Shown piece after piece: positions 9,001 to 18,708 of a DNA stretch of 64,000 nt. The translations under genes were made by a program, and so were the position numbers. The notes under the pieces were generated by a model. That model was given only the letters and a program-made list of their open reading frames with translations. It ran no database searches and was not told where the DNA came from. Every line of letters begins with the position of its first letter. Position 1 is the stretch's first letter. Origin of the DNA: a virus; the IMG/VR virus record IMGVR_UViG_3300045988_129435; one strand, given 5' to 3'.

Positions 9001-10140
9001 ATCCTGGTATACGTAGCATTTCTTGTCGGTAGTATTACGATACCAGTATCCGTTCTGAGGATTTGCCGGAGCAGAAGAGAATTCCCCCATAAAAATGAGG
9101 CTTGTACCGTCTTTGCCGTCAGTACCATTCGTACCGTCCTGGCCATCTTTACCCGGTTCGCCCTTGAGATTTTCCTTTGTTTCCTCGTCCAGATTATCCC
9201 ACGTTAAGACCACTCCCTTCATGGAGCACACATATTTTTTTTTCGATGCGTCCCAATACCACGAAATGGCACCTCCGGCTATGTGACCGGATTTATCTGT
9301 AGCAAATCGGGCTGATCCGTCTCCAAACTCAGCAGTACCGTCCGGATAGATACAGTAAACGACATGCCCTTTAGAGTCTGTACCTTTGATCATACCATTT
9401 TCGCAATAGAAACCCTTAAGCCCGTCTGTTCCGGGAATATCACCGCCCATACGGATTTTCGTACAACCGGCAAAACTCTTGCTGTTGATACCAAACAGAA
9501 TATCGATTGCAGGCTGTCCACCTTCATCGGCATGCAAATAGATCGCACTCTGACGATTTACATCCTTCGAGTTACCGAACTGGACAATCTCATCACTGAC
9601 AGCCGGAGTAGTCATACCCGACAATGCCGGATCAACAGCCTCCATGCCGTCTGTGTAACCTATACCGCCGGTGAACTCACTGACAGGTATGACGATTGTA
9701 TCAACACCGTCAATCTTGCGTATTTCGGCTATCTCGACCCAATAGCCTTTAAGGGTACCATTCGTCCAATCCTGGCACCGGATGAAATCGTGTGCGACAA
9801 AAGACATCTCATCCTCTATGGTGACCAGCCAGTTTTGTCCGGACTCATCCAGCGTGGCAGTCTTTATACGACCGCATGCCTGAGTGATACCCAGTGCACC
9901 CTTCACCGCGCGGATCTTCTGAATAAGAAGCTCAAAAACGACCATTGTCTCGCGAACAACGAGACTGTCTATCTCCAGTTTCCATTTACCCTTGATATAC
10001 TCCCACAGCTTCCATCCATGACCGGCAAATCCGGACACGAAGTCTTCGACGTATTCCTTTACGCCGTTCGACAACTTACGTCCTGTCGCTTTCACAGAAC
10101 AAAGAAATCCGTAGAACTTACCGTTACTTAGTATTGCCAT
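6091..10140 (-). CDS. tail fibre / host-specificity protein with collagen-like G-X-Y repeats
   Basis: 1349 aa. Three G-X-Y tracts (GEPGKDGQDGTNGTDGKDG; GLDGINGEDGKDG...DGQDGTDGTDGTDG; GKDGKPGEPGIPGEDGKD). Follows the tail hub gene. Confidence 0.8.
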   Translation of the reverse strand: MAILSNGKFYGFLCSVKATGRKLSNGVKEYVEDFVSGFAGHGWKLWEYIKGKWKLEIDSLVVRETMVVFELLIQKIRAVKGALGITQACGRIKTATLDESGQNWLVTIEDEMSFVAHDFIRCQDWTNGTLKGYWVEIAEIRKIDGVDTIVIPVSEFTGGIGYTDGMEAVDPALSGMTTPAVSDEIVQFGNSKDVNRQSAIYLHADEGGQPAIDILFGINSKSFAGCTKIRMGGDIPGTDGLKGFYCENGMIKGTDSKGHVVYCIYPDGTAEFGDGSARFATDKSGHIAGGAISWYWDASKKKYVCSMKGVVLTWDNLDEETKENLKGEPGKDGQDGTNGTDGKDGTSLIFMGEFSSAPANPQNGYWYRNTTDKKCYVYQDGAWYVMTEDGKNGLDGEGSISADLDDEMQSVACSLDGTVVFGLPVTTTFSMFYGTTELPLDSLSVGSITGVTATADRSTGIVKVTAITAAVADVIRIPITGRVTYKGSQYERTLHLSINKVKPGENGEDGTDGTNGQNAVIYSLQPSTNIIKRDADGNSDVSNISCRVMKTDGASTVVSSLPVGYSMDYIIDSGNATSYTPDKQISVSGITDKIQFRLYNETSGVVLIDRETIAVVSDGKKGLDGINGEDGKDGLSITWKGDLSSAPANPQKNWAYRNTSNGIVYIYNGAAWELMVADGQDGTDGTDGTDGLSVFITYHDSEDEPSRPTGSGTSGGWHTNATKDVVWISQKVASSASSGTWGDPIRFKGLPGKYTELRYKHAFGKPATPTGANPAGWSLSPDREDITFSYSGNFTKDGDYYVSPSPTSHSSTYKQRVSFTTRRANQMIHIEIDVSSEQNYDKGIVEALDTSYSSSNEHAWEGSGVTNVVVDIAVPTAGSHFVEIVYTKDSSTSSNEDRVKFRMLDPTTCWYSTAVIDGKTTPSWSEPVIFPTDSKTEEQVYLLAKSKRNVIDLPASNEYVNEYIGDAPEYSSSKFYSAGNIVKYNDVYKVAIQAHSGIVPTNETYWEDVLWWVDNPRGASETYPYEYTCERTLQDGKWGEYKNYRLFGHYGKDGKPGEPGIPGEDGKDANLLPWVEQWNNNKTEIDGEYIVSPKMFSGTKDSNGKLTGVAIGRDCITVDGEKRTGIFALVDNEIVFELDPLTKKYIFKGTIEADGGKIAGFKIEGDALSSLNENGSILIEEDGVHFLRINEYGMRNPAAALLSVRNDKGSAVSLSGGSGKDVLSILGNGASNAISSAGSHEFIQRKGEKWNAPGALWAGRITGAGGISNRWGDGCYMSVSRTDTGNYVFRHDLNHTDYFIIATGVNENWTICIISDKQSNTFTVKTFHKDQGWINSAFEVVVIGRNKTA

Positions 10141-10141
10141 A

Positions 10142-12781
10142 TTATTCTAATTCTTCAATCAATGAATCTTCAACTTCTTCTATCAATTCTCCGCCACGAA
10201 CTACAAGGCCACCGTTAGCTGCAGAAAATCCTTCCGACACAAATCCCTTACCGAAAGTTATCAATCCTTCTGCTTTGTCATCTTCAATGCTGCTAAGGGA
10301 GCGACGTTCAATCTCATCAATAATTCTTTTTGCCGAAAATGTATTGCGATCCGTAGGAACAGTCTTGTCATTCAAACCGATGAGATATATACTCGTTCCT
10401 CCACTTCCTGACACAGAACCGGTATATGCCTGTCCCTTGTATGTAAGAGAATCAAGTTTGCTTTCTATCTCGCCTATACGCGAATATGAGGCAGTCTCTC
10501 CAACCGTATAAATTGGATGATCGTAAGGAATATCCAGCGGCCACTCAAAACCAATTATTCTGGATTGTCTGCTTTTAGGAAAGAAAGCCTTATTGATCAG
10601 GTTAACTTTGTCTCCCACCTCATAGGTGATAATATTCTCATTATTATAGATGAACTCAGGGTCCATATCACAATCGTAGGTGGAAGGATCAATCATAGAC
10701 TTTTTGACATAGTCTTTTGCCTTTTTCAATAACTCATCTTCGGCCTCCGGAATCAATTCTTCTGAGACATAAGCCGTATCAAAACCATAAAGAACATATG
10801 TGTCAGAATCAGCAGGAAACAAAATGTCATCAGGAAGGTAACGGCCGTAATCCTCATTACGCACAATTTCGAAAGTGGTACCGGAATCATCACTCTCCTG
10901 CAGAAGTAACTCAAAGTCCAGGCCGGCGAGTTTGCCCGTCTGAAAGGTCAAGCGGAAACTTTCTCCGTCCAGCCGGAAGTCATTTGTAAAATTCTTCAAC
11001 CCTGCATCCTTGAACGTATAGATACGATACTTGTCTCCGGTTGGATTGTCGTCCTCGTCAAGTTCATCTTCCTCCCGGTATGTTACATTTGATAATGTGC
11101 CGACATATTTGGGATGTTCATCTTCAAAGATGACAATTCCCTCTACAGCTTCTTCCTGCGACATCTCCACATTATTATTGTCATCATAATGAGTTTCACC
11201 AATGTATATACGTTCTCCAGTAGGACTATAACGGTAAGCATCCACATAAGGAACTTCCTCCGGGAGCATAAGACGTTTCTGGACCACACCATTTAAAGTA
11301 AGCTCCTTGTCATCTTTGCTAAAGTAGCTGTCAGGAACCTTTCCCTTAATGATGTTGTCAATTGTATATCTATCACCGAGCGAGGCCGTTACTCCGCTAG
11401 GCAATTGTATTACGTTAGCGGAATCACCGATTAAATGGTCCGGATTATATACACAGGAGAATGTCTTACCCGAATTTAGTCCGGAAAGAAAGGTCACTGT
11501 AGCATCTGCCGACGATCCTTTGAATAGAGTTATATCATACGAAACATAAGCCGAGAAAGAATCATTCAGAATAGAGGATTCACGGGATGGGACATGTGCG
11601 TATATCCTGATCTTTAAATCAGTAGCATTCCCTTCAATCTGCAAAGAAGAAGCGACAGCAAACACAGCAGAGACTTCGTACTGCTGCTCTTGGGATAAGG
11701 TAACCGTTTGATTACCTATAGAAACTTCTTTAGTTACACCAGATAATTTATAGACATAAGATGCCCTCAAAACATAATCACCGGCAGGAAGAAAAGAACG
11801 TCCTGATCCGATTGAAGGAATAACCGTGGATACATTAATTGATATGCCTTCTCCTGATGAAACCTTATAATCTCCTGCAGGTAACGAAGTTACGATATCA
11901 GTGTCATGCGTCCATTCTACATAAGATGCAGTAAAACTGCCACTACCTATACTTTCCTTTACCGGATACTCTTCTTTGTGAACGACGCGACTTGGGAAAT
12001 ACTTTACATCAAGCGGTCTTGCCGTATCGGATATTTCCCTACCGTTTGCCTGCTTGACATCAAAAATAAGATTCTTACGGTAAGTAGAAGGAATGTTTCG
12101 CGTTGAACCAAAGGCATAAACACGAGTAGCGAAAACCGTCTGACTATCGCTACGCTGCATGGAGCTTACGTTTACATCCTCAGTATCTGTCAAATCTCCG
12201 GCCTTGAAATCTACGGGAGAGCTGTATTCGCAACGTCCGAAATGAATTGTCTTATCAGTTATCCACCATTCACACTCCCATGTCTCCGCCATTTGGGTAA
12301 GGGCATCAATCAGGTTTACGCTATCATACGAAACGAGCTTGGAAGTGTTTTCAACCGTAGTGTCAATCTCATATTTAAAATCCTCTTCTCTATATTTGTA
12401 TCCGAGTGATTTCAGGTTATCAAGGAAGACTTTAAGATGAACGTCAAGAGTGGCTGTCAGGTTCCAGCTCGCCTCGCGACCGGTACTCTCCGGAGTATAG
12501 AAAAACTTCTTGTTTTTCCACTTCCAGTAGTAGGCGTCCAGCCGGAGTTCGTAATCATAACCACCGGTTGTAGAATTATAGGTGGGCTTGTACAAGTCTA
12601 CAAGCTCAAACATGCCAATTTCGTTATCTATACCATCTCCTAGTTGAAAGTAGATAGGATCTGCAAGAGAAAACTTCAAAGTTATATAGTCTTCCTTCAT
12701 CAGAAGAAAGTGCCGCTTTGATCCTTCGTTGATAGAAGTAGAAAAACGAATGTTGCCGGATATGTCTTTGATGTCTATCAT
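10142..12781 (-). CDS. tail hub / tail-associated (Tal-like) structural protein
   Basis: 879 aa; second gene downstream of the tape measure gene, as in siphovirus Dit-Tal order. Confidence 0.6.
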   Translation of the reverse strand: MIDIKDISGNIRFSTSINEGSKRHFLLMKEDYITLKFSLADPIYFQLGDGIDNEIGMFELVDLYKPTYNSTTGGYDYELRLDAYYWKWKNKKFFYTPESTGREASWNLTATLDVHLKVFLDNLKSLGYKYREEDFKYEIDTTVENTSKLVSYDSVNLIDALTQMAETWECEWWITDKTIHFGRCEYSSPVDFKAGDLTDTEDVNVSSMQRSDSQTVFATRVYAFGSTRNIPSTYRKNLIFDVKQANGREISDTARPLDVKYFPSRVVHKEEYPVKESIGSGSFTASYVEWTHDTDIVTSLPAGDYKVSSGEGISINVSTVIPSIGSGRSFLPAGDYVLRASYVYKLSGVTKEVSIGNQTVTLSQEQQYEVSAVFAVASSLQIEGNATDLKIRIYAHVPSRESSILNDSFSAYVSYDITLFKGSSADATVTFLSGLNSGKTFSCVYNPDHLIGDSANVIQLPSGVTASLGDRYTIDNIIKGKVPDSYFSKDDKELTLNGVVQKRLMLPEEVPYVDAYRYSPTGERIYIGETHYDDNNNVEMSQEEAVEGIVIFEDEHPKYVGTLSNVTYREEDELDEDDNPTGDKYRIYTFKDAGLKNFTNDFRLDGESFRLTFQTGKLAGLDFELLLQESDDSGTTFEIVRNEDYGRYLPDDILFPADSDTYVLYGFDTAYVSEELIPEAEDELLKKAKDYVKKSMIDPSTYDCDMDPEFIYNNENIITYEVGDKVNLINKAFFPKSRQSRIIGFEWPLDIPYDHPIYTVGETASYSRIGEIESKLDSLTYKGQAYTGSVSGSGGTSIYLIGLNDKTVPTDRNTFSAKRIIDEIERRSLSSIEDDKAEGLITFGKGFVSEGFSAANGGLVVRGGELIEEVEDSLIEELE

Positions 12782-12813
12782 AAGTTTCGTATACCTTCAT
12801 ACGATGTTTGATA

Positions 12814-12821
12814 CAAAAATA
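12814..12821 (-). promoter_or_regulatory. -7 box TATTTTTG
   Basis: Minus-strand TAnnTTTG 32 nt upstream of ATG 12781, immediately after the terminator hairpin. Confidence 0.5.
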
Positions 12822-12826
12822 CAAAA

Positions 12827-12847
12827 AATGACATTAAAAGTGTCATT
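12827..12847 (-). terminator. hairpin plus U-tract
   Basis: Minus-strand RNA AAUGACA-CUUUUAA-UGUCAUU followed by UUUUUG, directly after the TAG of the 141-aa gene. Confidence 0.6.
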
Positions 12848-13273
12848 CTAATCGTTAATATTTCTATCCATAGGATTAGGTTCTACTATCTTTAATGAAA
12901 AGTGGGCGATTCCCCTCATAAACTGAGTAAATTGATTGCATGAAAGATATATTGTGCGATAAACTATATTAGGCTGATATTTAGACCTAATATTTAATAC
13001 ACCAGTAGCCAATTCCTGACAGAAGCTATCATACTTTTCAAAAAACTCATCTTCATTTTTAGCAGTGAGATTAATGGTTAAGGTGAGACTACGCTCATCT
13101 ACTTTTGGGGTAGCGGCTATTACACGCTTGCCATGTTCTAGTCTTGATTTATTCTCTATAAACTCTTTATTAGGAGGAGGAGTCATCAATGCTGATAAAG
13201 AAGATGTATCCATACTGATTCCCCAATTATCATAGGAATCTTTATTGTTTATAAAAAGTTCACCTTTGGGCAT
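12848..13273 (-). CDS. putative distal tail protein
   Basis: 141 aa, immediately downstream of the tape measure gene. Confidence 0.4.
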   Translation of the reverse strand: MPKGELFINNKDSYDNWGISMDTSSLSALMTPPPNKEFIENKSRLEHGKRVIAATPKVDERSLTLTINLTAKNEDEFFEKYDSFCQELATGVLNIRSKYQPNIVYRTIYLSCNQFTQFMRGIAHFSLKIVEPNPMDRNIND

Positions 13274-13298
13274 ATTATATATATTTTACAGTTTAGAA

Positions 13299-16200
13299 TT
13301 AGCGAGTAGAGAGTCCTTTAGTATTAATTCTTACTTCGGATATATCAGTCTTTATATCATTTAGCAATTTCGTATATTTGGCAATATCATCTAAATAACT
13401 ATTTGTTATGACATGCTGGGTTAAAATGTTGTTGAGCACTTCATTTCCAACAGACGATATACTTGTGAGAGAGTTTATCCCCATAACGACAGCTATCATT
13501 TGATTCTTGATTTCTTCACCAGCGATCTGAAGGGCTGTGAAACGACCGATCAACTCTCCGGCATCCTCATGTGTCATTTCGGTGCCAAAGCCTTTCTTGG
13601 AAGACCCCTGGGAAGTAAATGTGCCACCACCGCCTACGATCTGCTCCCATGCCTTTCTGTCTTCAAGAGCACCATTTACGATAATATCCCATCCTTCTCT
13701 TAAGTCTTTAATATCAGAAGAGGTGATACCTCCCTCTTTGCCCATGGCCTCAGAAAAGGATTCATACCATTTTCTTAATTCATCTTCATATCCCTTCGCG
13801 AACATTTGAGTGAATACAGCCTTTCGCATATACTCTCCAAAATTATCAGCAAAGTCTTTGGATGAAGCATCCATGTCCATGAGAGTATCTATGAAGTTGT
13901 CAAACAGACTATCGAATGACGTCTGAGTCAATTGTTCTTGAACGGCTTTCTGAATATCTTCTATTCTCTCTCCACCTTCAATAATCTTATTGAGGTAGTT
14001 TTGAACATCTCCATCCAACTTAGACCAAAATCCAGGAGCTTCCTCTTTTAACTTTTCAAGCTGTTCAGCCGTCAAGTTAAAGAGACCGGAAAGTCTTCCT
14101 CCTATAAAATCCGGATCTTTGCCGATTGACTTAGCAAACTCGTCCCATTGATCCCATAATTCCTGACTCATGCTATTGCGAATACGAACACCAATAGAGT
14201 GGGAACCGGCAGATGCGCCAGATTGCAATCGTTCTCTTCCTAATATTTTATAAGACTCAATGCTTTTGTTTGCTATTTCAATAGCTTCATCTCCCGCTTT
14301 AGCAGCTTCGGGACCATAAGACATATCTATGTATTCTTTTTTCTTATCAATTAACTCATCCCATATTTCATCTAACTTGTTATACTCATCAACCATTTCA
14401 TTGTAACGAGAATAGTCAGCACCACCAAAACCGAATAATCCGGCAATAGTATTCCCAACGCCCGCCAAAACGCTAACTGCACCTGTGATAGCACTAAAAG
14501 GTTTGGTTAAGTCTATTCGTTCCAGCCCACTCATTACTTGCCCGATACCATCCAAAGTCTTACTTATGGATTCTGGAACCTTCACCCCAAAGTTTTCAAG
14601 CATTCCAACAACGTCATTGCCTGCATTTACAACCTCCATGCCTTTTTGCCCGATAGAATTTGCTGCTTGAGTTAACTTTGACAAAGCTTTTTGTCTGTCA
14701 GATTGAGCAGCGGCCAAGTTATTTTCTGCTTGGGTAAGAGTCAGTAATCTAGTAGTTAATTTCCCGTTCTCATCGGTATATACTTTAGTTATTACCTCTC
14801 CTCCCTGAATAACAGTATTTAAATCCTCTTGAGCCTTGATTACCGCAGATGTAGCATTACGATAATTATCTGCACTATTTTTCAGTTCTCCCAAGGGATT
14901 ACGTACTGTTATTTTTAGATCAATTTCTTTGAAGGCATCTTGCAACGCTTTAAGATCAGTAGGTTTTATATCTTTAGCTGCTTTATTTATAACCTCTTTC
15001 AGGTTATCACGCATCTTAACCAGTGCCTCAGTAGACTGAGCATCAAGGTTTCCGAATATGTTTGCAAAATTGATAGATGATTTTAGTTCTTCAAAGCTAA
15101 CTTCCTTCAGTTTATTTTCCTTCTCTTTTTCCAAGGACTTCTTAGCGCCCTTGGTGGTAGCTTCACTGATTTTAAGGTTATATTCTTCGTTTATGGCAGC
15201 TTTTTTTTGTTGAAATGTACCATATTCTTTAAGGTATTCATTCCAGCATTTCATTTCTTCCTGATAAGGATAAATATCTTGCCGTAAAATGGTATTATTT
15301 ATAATTTTATCAAAAGCAGATGTATCAACTTTCACAGCAGATGCATCAAACGTTTTCTTTTTATAGTTATTAGTCTGCTTTTCCCGCAAACTCTCCTGTT
15401 CATCAAAGACCTTTCGCTGAAGCTCAATCTCCGTTCGGATATAATCTTCCCGCTGACGTTCTAAATCCTGTATTTCCTTCTTGTTGTCCAATTCACGTTG
15501 TGCACGAATCTTGGCTTCTCCTTCTGCCATAGCGTCAATACGAGACTGGGTAAGTTGATTCTCCAGATCTTGTTCCTTGCGCTTCCTTTCGGTTGCTTGC
15601 TTGTCTAATAGTTCGGAGATTTTCTTTTGTTGGTTTACGATGGAGTTATACTCTTTGGCTGTTTTAGAATCCGAATACTTATCTATTTGTTTTTGCGCTT
15701 CCTGTATTTGATTTGTATATTTATTCCATTCCTTTGAATTTTCTTTAGAAGAGTCTAAAGCAGCGCGGGCATCTTCGGCTTCTTTCTTCTTCCCTTCCCA
15801 ATATTTTTTATTGTAGACAGTAGGCTTATCAGCATCCTTTTTAGCTTGTTCGTCTGCTTTCTCAAAATCATCTAAAGCTTTAGTATAAATTTCAAGTTCT
15901 TTTCTTGCAGCAGATAAATCTTCTTTCAATGCTCCCGTATACCCCCCTCTATTATCAGTTTTAATTATACTGTTTTCCAGACCTTGTATTTTTTGTTGAG
16001 ACATTACAACCTTAGTCTTTAAACCAATACGTTGCCGCCTTAAAAGTTCATCGGTCTCAAGTTTTATAAGCTCCGCATTTGTTTTTCGTTTTGCAGTTTC
16101 CCAATCCATATTTTGGAACACTTCAGGCATTAAACGCTGCAATTGGCGATATGCAATAAAACGTTCTTCTATAGATTTGGATTCATTACTTAAAATATTT

Positions 16201-17378
16201 GACAGTTCACTCGCTTTATTTTTTAACCCTTCATAATAACCTTCTTGCGCTTCAAGTGCTTCGTTTGTTTTGCGAACAGCTCTTTCTGTTTCAGTCTCTG
16301 CTGTGGCAAGTTTATAAATGCCATAAGCCAATCCAGCAATAGCAGCTGCAGCCAATACATACGGATTCTTTAGCATTGATAAATTCAAAGCGTCTTGAGC
16401 TTTTTTAGTTAAGACTAACCATCCATAGTGAACAGCTTCTTTGGTTGTCAAAGCTGTAATCCCTGATGCTTGTAAAGCTTGCAAAGAACTAGTAACCATT
16501 AGGGCGGTGCGATATGCTCCATAGGTTCCTACGATTTCTAACAGTACTCGTCCCACTTTCTCATAGTTTTCAACTAGATAGGAAACTCCAGATAAAGCAT
16601 CGTTAATGATACCTTCATTGGCTTTTCCTATTTCATTAAACATGGTAGCAATAGCATCCTCAATATTAGGGATTTGCCCAGTAATTGTCTTTGACTGTTC
16701 TTGCATAAGATTGTAGAACATTCCGCCTTCATTAGTAAGTGACATGATAACCTTTTGAACTTCCGGGAAACCAACCTTTCCGGCTTCAACAAGTCCCTTA
16801 ACTTCATTTTCCGCAACATTAAATTGCTTTGCTAGTTCGCGAATCATAGGTATACCACGGCCAGTGAACTGATTGAGGTCTTGGGTATATAAACGACCTT
16901 GGGTCATTGTAGTACCATAAAGATAAACGATATCTCCAAGAGGTTGGGATAAACCGGCAGCAATATTACCCAAACGTATCAAATCGTCATTAACATTTTC
17001 TACATTTTCCCCATAAGCAAGGAGTTGTTTAGCTCCATTAGCAACTCCCTGTAAATCAAATGGTGTAGTAGCCGCAGTCTTTACCAGTTGTTGCATAAGA
17101 GCATTTGCTTTTTCTTCACTGCCTAACATCGTCTTAAATGCGACTTCCAACTGTTGAAACTCACCGCGAACTTGAGCAATATTTGAAATCAACTCTTTCG
17201 CTGTAAATCCTGCTCCAAAAGCAGCAGCAGCTTTAGTCATACGGTTAAATAGATCTTCAATACTTAACCCACTTTGTTCTATTTGTTTAGAAGTGTTTCT
17301 TACTCCATTCTCACATTCATGTAATTTGCGTATGAAGTTGGAGTTATCGCCAGTGATATCAAAGTGTAATCCAGCCAT
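13299..17378 (-). CDS. tail tape measure protein
   Basis: 1359 aa. N-terminal TP901-type core (GSEEKANALMQQLVKTAATTPFDLQGVANGAKQLLAYG), long coiled-coil centre, hydrophobic GxxxG-rich segments. Confidence 0.9.
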   Translation of the reverse strand: MAGLHFDITGDNSNFIRKLHECENGVRNTSKQIEQSGLSIEDLFNRMTKAAAAFGAGFTAKELISNIAQVRGEFQQLEVAFKTMLGSEEKANALMQQLVKTAATTPFDLQGVANGAKQLLAYGENVENVNDDLIRLGNIAAGLSQPLGDIVYLYGTTMTQGRLYTQDLNQFTGRGIPMIRELAKQFNVAENEVKGLVEAGKVGFPEVQKVIMSLTNEGGMFYNLMQEQSKTITGQIPNIEDAIATMFNEIGKANEGIINDALSGVSYLVENYEKVGRVLLEIVGTYGAYRTALMVTSSLQALQASGITALTTKEAVHYGWLVLTKKAQDALNLSMLKNPYVLAAAAIAGLAYGIYKLATAETETERAVRKTNEALEAQEGYYEGLKNKASELSNILSNESKSIEERFIAYRQLQRLMPEVFQNMDWETAKRKTNAELIKLETDELLRRQRIGLKTKVVMSQQKIQGLENSIIKTDNRGGYTGALKEDLSAARKELEIYTKALDDFEKADEQAKKDADKPTVYNKKYWEGKKKEAEDARAALDSSKENSKEWNKYTNQIQEAQKQIDKYSDSKTAKEYNSIVNQQKKISELLDKQATERKRKEQDLENQLTQSRIDAMAEGEAKIRAQRELDNKKEIQDLERQREDYIRTEIELQRKVFDEQESLREKQTNNYKKKTFDASAVKVDTSAFDKIINNTILRQDIYPYQEEMKCWNEYLKEYGTFQQKKAAINEEYNLKISEATTKGAKKSLEKEKENKLKEVSFEELKSSINFANIFGNLDAQSTEALVKMRDNLKEVINKAAKDIKPTDLKALQDAFKEIDLKITVRNPLGELKNSADNYRNATSAVIKAQEDLNTVIQGGEVITKVYTDENGKLTTRLLTLTQAENNLAAAQSDRQKALSKLTQAANSIGQKGMEVVNAGNDVVGMLENFGVKVPESISKTLDGIGQVMSGLERIDLTKPFSAITGAVSVLAGVGNTIAGLFGFGGADYSRYNEMVDEYNKLDEIWDELIDKKKEYIDMSYGPEAAKAGDEAIEIANKSIESYKILGRERLQSGASAGSHSIGVRIRNSMSQELWDQWDEFAKSIGKDPDFIGGRLSGLFNLTAEQLEKLKEEAPGFWSKLDGDVQNYLNKIIEGGERIEDIQKAVQEQLTQTSFDSLFDNFIDTLMDMDASSKDFADNFGEYMRKAVFTQMFAKGYEDELRKWYESFSEAMGKEGGITSSDIKDLREGWDIIVNGALEDRKAWEQIVGGGGTFTSQGSSKKGFGTEMTHEDAGELIGRFTALQIAGEEIKNQMIAVVMGINSLTSISSVGNEVLNNILTQHVITNSYLDDIAKYTKLLNDIKTDISEVRINTKGLSTR

Positions 17379-17424
17379 AAGTCTTTTCGATAGAAATAGT
17401 TCCGTGCAACATTACACGGCAATA

Positions 17425-17432
17425 CAAAGATA
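17425..17432 (-). promoter_or_regulatory. -7 box TATCTTTG
   Basis: Minus-strand TAnnTTTG 46 nt upstream of the tape measure ATG; preceded by hairpin 17441-17457 plus a U-tract and followed by leader hairpin 17402-17419. Confidence 0.5.
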
Positions 17433-17527
17433 ACAAAAAATGGCGCAGTTAGTGCCACTATTATAAGAAAAACATATTTAATACATTATTTTTTTATCTT
17501 TAATTTTGTTTGTATTGTTATATAAAA

Positions 17528-17535
17528 TATATTTG
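17528..17535 (+). promoter_or_regulatory. -7 box TATATTTG with upstream TTTG
   Basis: Plus-strand TAnnTTTG 29 nt upstream of ATG 17565; TTTG motifs at about 17505-17512. Confidence 0.55.
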
Positions 17536-17564
17536 TACAAACGTTATTGTAAAACTGTAAAAAT

Positions 17565-18689
17565 ATGGATTTCAAGGATCAAATTTTACAACTGTCAGAC
17601 CGCATAAAAAAACAAAAAGATAGCATATCTACAGAAGAAGCCACAAAAAATGCTTTCATAATGCCATTGATAGCTTCTTTAGGTTATGACGTCTTTAATC
17701 CTTTCGAAGTTGTTCCGGAAATGGACTGTGACTTAATCAAAAAGAAGGGAGAAAAGATTGACTATGCTATAATGAAGGACGAAAACCCGATACTTCTTAT
17801 AGAGTGTAAGCATTGCAAACAAGACTTGAATCTGCATGACACCCAACTACAAAAATATTTCGTAGCCTCTAAGTCTCGCTTTGGAGTCCTCACCAATGGC
17901 ATAGAATACCGTTTCTATACCGATTTGGAGAAGGTTAACATTATGGATGAAAGGCCATTCTTAGTTGTAAATATGCTAGATCTGTCTGATGCAGACATAG
18001 AACAGCTGAAAAAATTCCACAAATCTTATTACAATGAAAACAATGTACTTAGCACAGCAAATGAATTAAAATACACAACGGAGATAAAGGAAATTTTCAA
18101 CAAAGAAATACAATCTCCTACATCTGATTTTGTTAGATTCTTTGCAAAACAAATATACACAACCGGGCAAATCACACAAAAGGTAGTTGAAATGTTCACC
18201 CCGCTTGTAAAAAAGTCAATGTCTATGGTAATAAATGATATCATAGCTGAAAGGCTTAATACAGCAATGAAAAATGACGAACAGGTTGAAGACACAACTA
18301 ATATTTCTAGTAATTTACCTAATTCTCCCAAAGAAAATACAGAAAACAAACTACCTGAAGGGATAGTTTATATGGATAAAGAAGCAGGGATTATCACCAC
18401 ACAAGAGGAAATGGATGCTTATAATATCGTGAGAAGCATACTTAGGCGTAGTGTAGACGCTTCACGGATTACATATAAAGACTATAAGACTTATTTCGTT
18501 ATAAGTTTAGACAACAGTCAATGGTATTGGATATGTCGTATTTCTATTGGAGCAAGAAAGAAGCAAATAGGAATACCAGTAAACAAATACAAAAGCTGCG
18601 ACTGGATTCAGATTGATAGCATAGATGATATATTCAAATATGCGGATAGACTTGAAGAATCAATTAAAATGGCAATAGAAAAGTTGTAA
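17565..18689 (+). CDS. HsdR-N-terminal-like (PD-(D/E)xK fold) nuclease-domain protein
   Basis: The N-terminus (EEATKNAFIMPLIASLGYDVFNP...EKIDYAIMKDENPILLIECKHC...FGVLTNGIEYRFY) matches the type I restriction enzyme R N-terminal domain pattern. Opposite strand to the tail genes. Confidence 0.65.
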   Translation: MDFKDQILQLSDRIKKQKDSISTEEATKNAFIMPLIASLGYDVFNPFEVVPEMDCDLIKKKGEKIDYAIMKDENPILLIECKHCKQDLNLHDTQLQKYFVASKSRFGVLTNGIEYRFYTDLEKVNIMDERPFLVVNMLDLSDADIEQLKKFHKSYYNENNVLSTANELKYTTEIKEIFNKEIQSPTSDFVRFFAKQIYTTGQITQKVVEMFTPLVKKSMSMVINDIIAERLNTAMKNDEQVEDTTNISSNLPNSPKENTENKLPEGIVYMDKEAGIITTQEEMDAYNIVRSILRRSVDASRITYKDYKTYFVISLDNSQWYWICRISIGARKKQIGIPVNKYKSCDWIQIDSIDDIFKYADRLEESIKMAIEKL

Positions 18690-18708
18690 AAATAAAAACT
18701 CAATAATT

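Noticed and set aside
9364-10131. A 255-aa plus-strand ORF, and many other antisense ORFs inside the fibre, tape measure, capsid, MuF, methylase and terminase genes.
   Set aside because: They are fully nested antisense to confidently assigned genes, have low-complexity or Cys/Ser/Leu-rich translations and no promoter or start signals. These are typical shadow ORFs.
6091-10140. Diversity-generating retroelement target (VR/TR) in the tail fibre, because of internal repeats.
   Set aside because: No reverse transcriptase gene is in the window. The two repeat modules differ at all base types and in length rather than showing adenine-specific mismatches.
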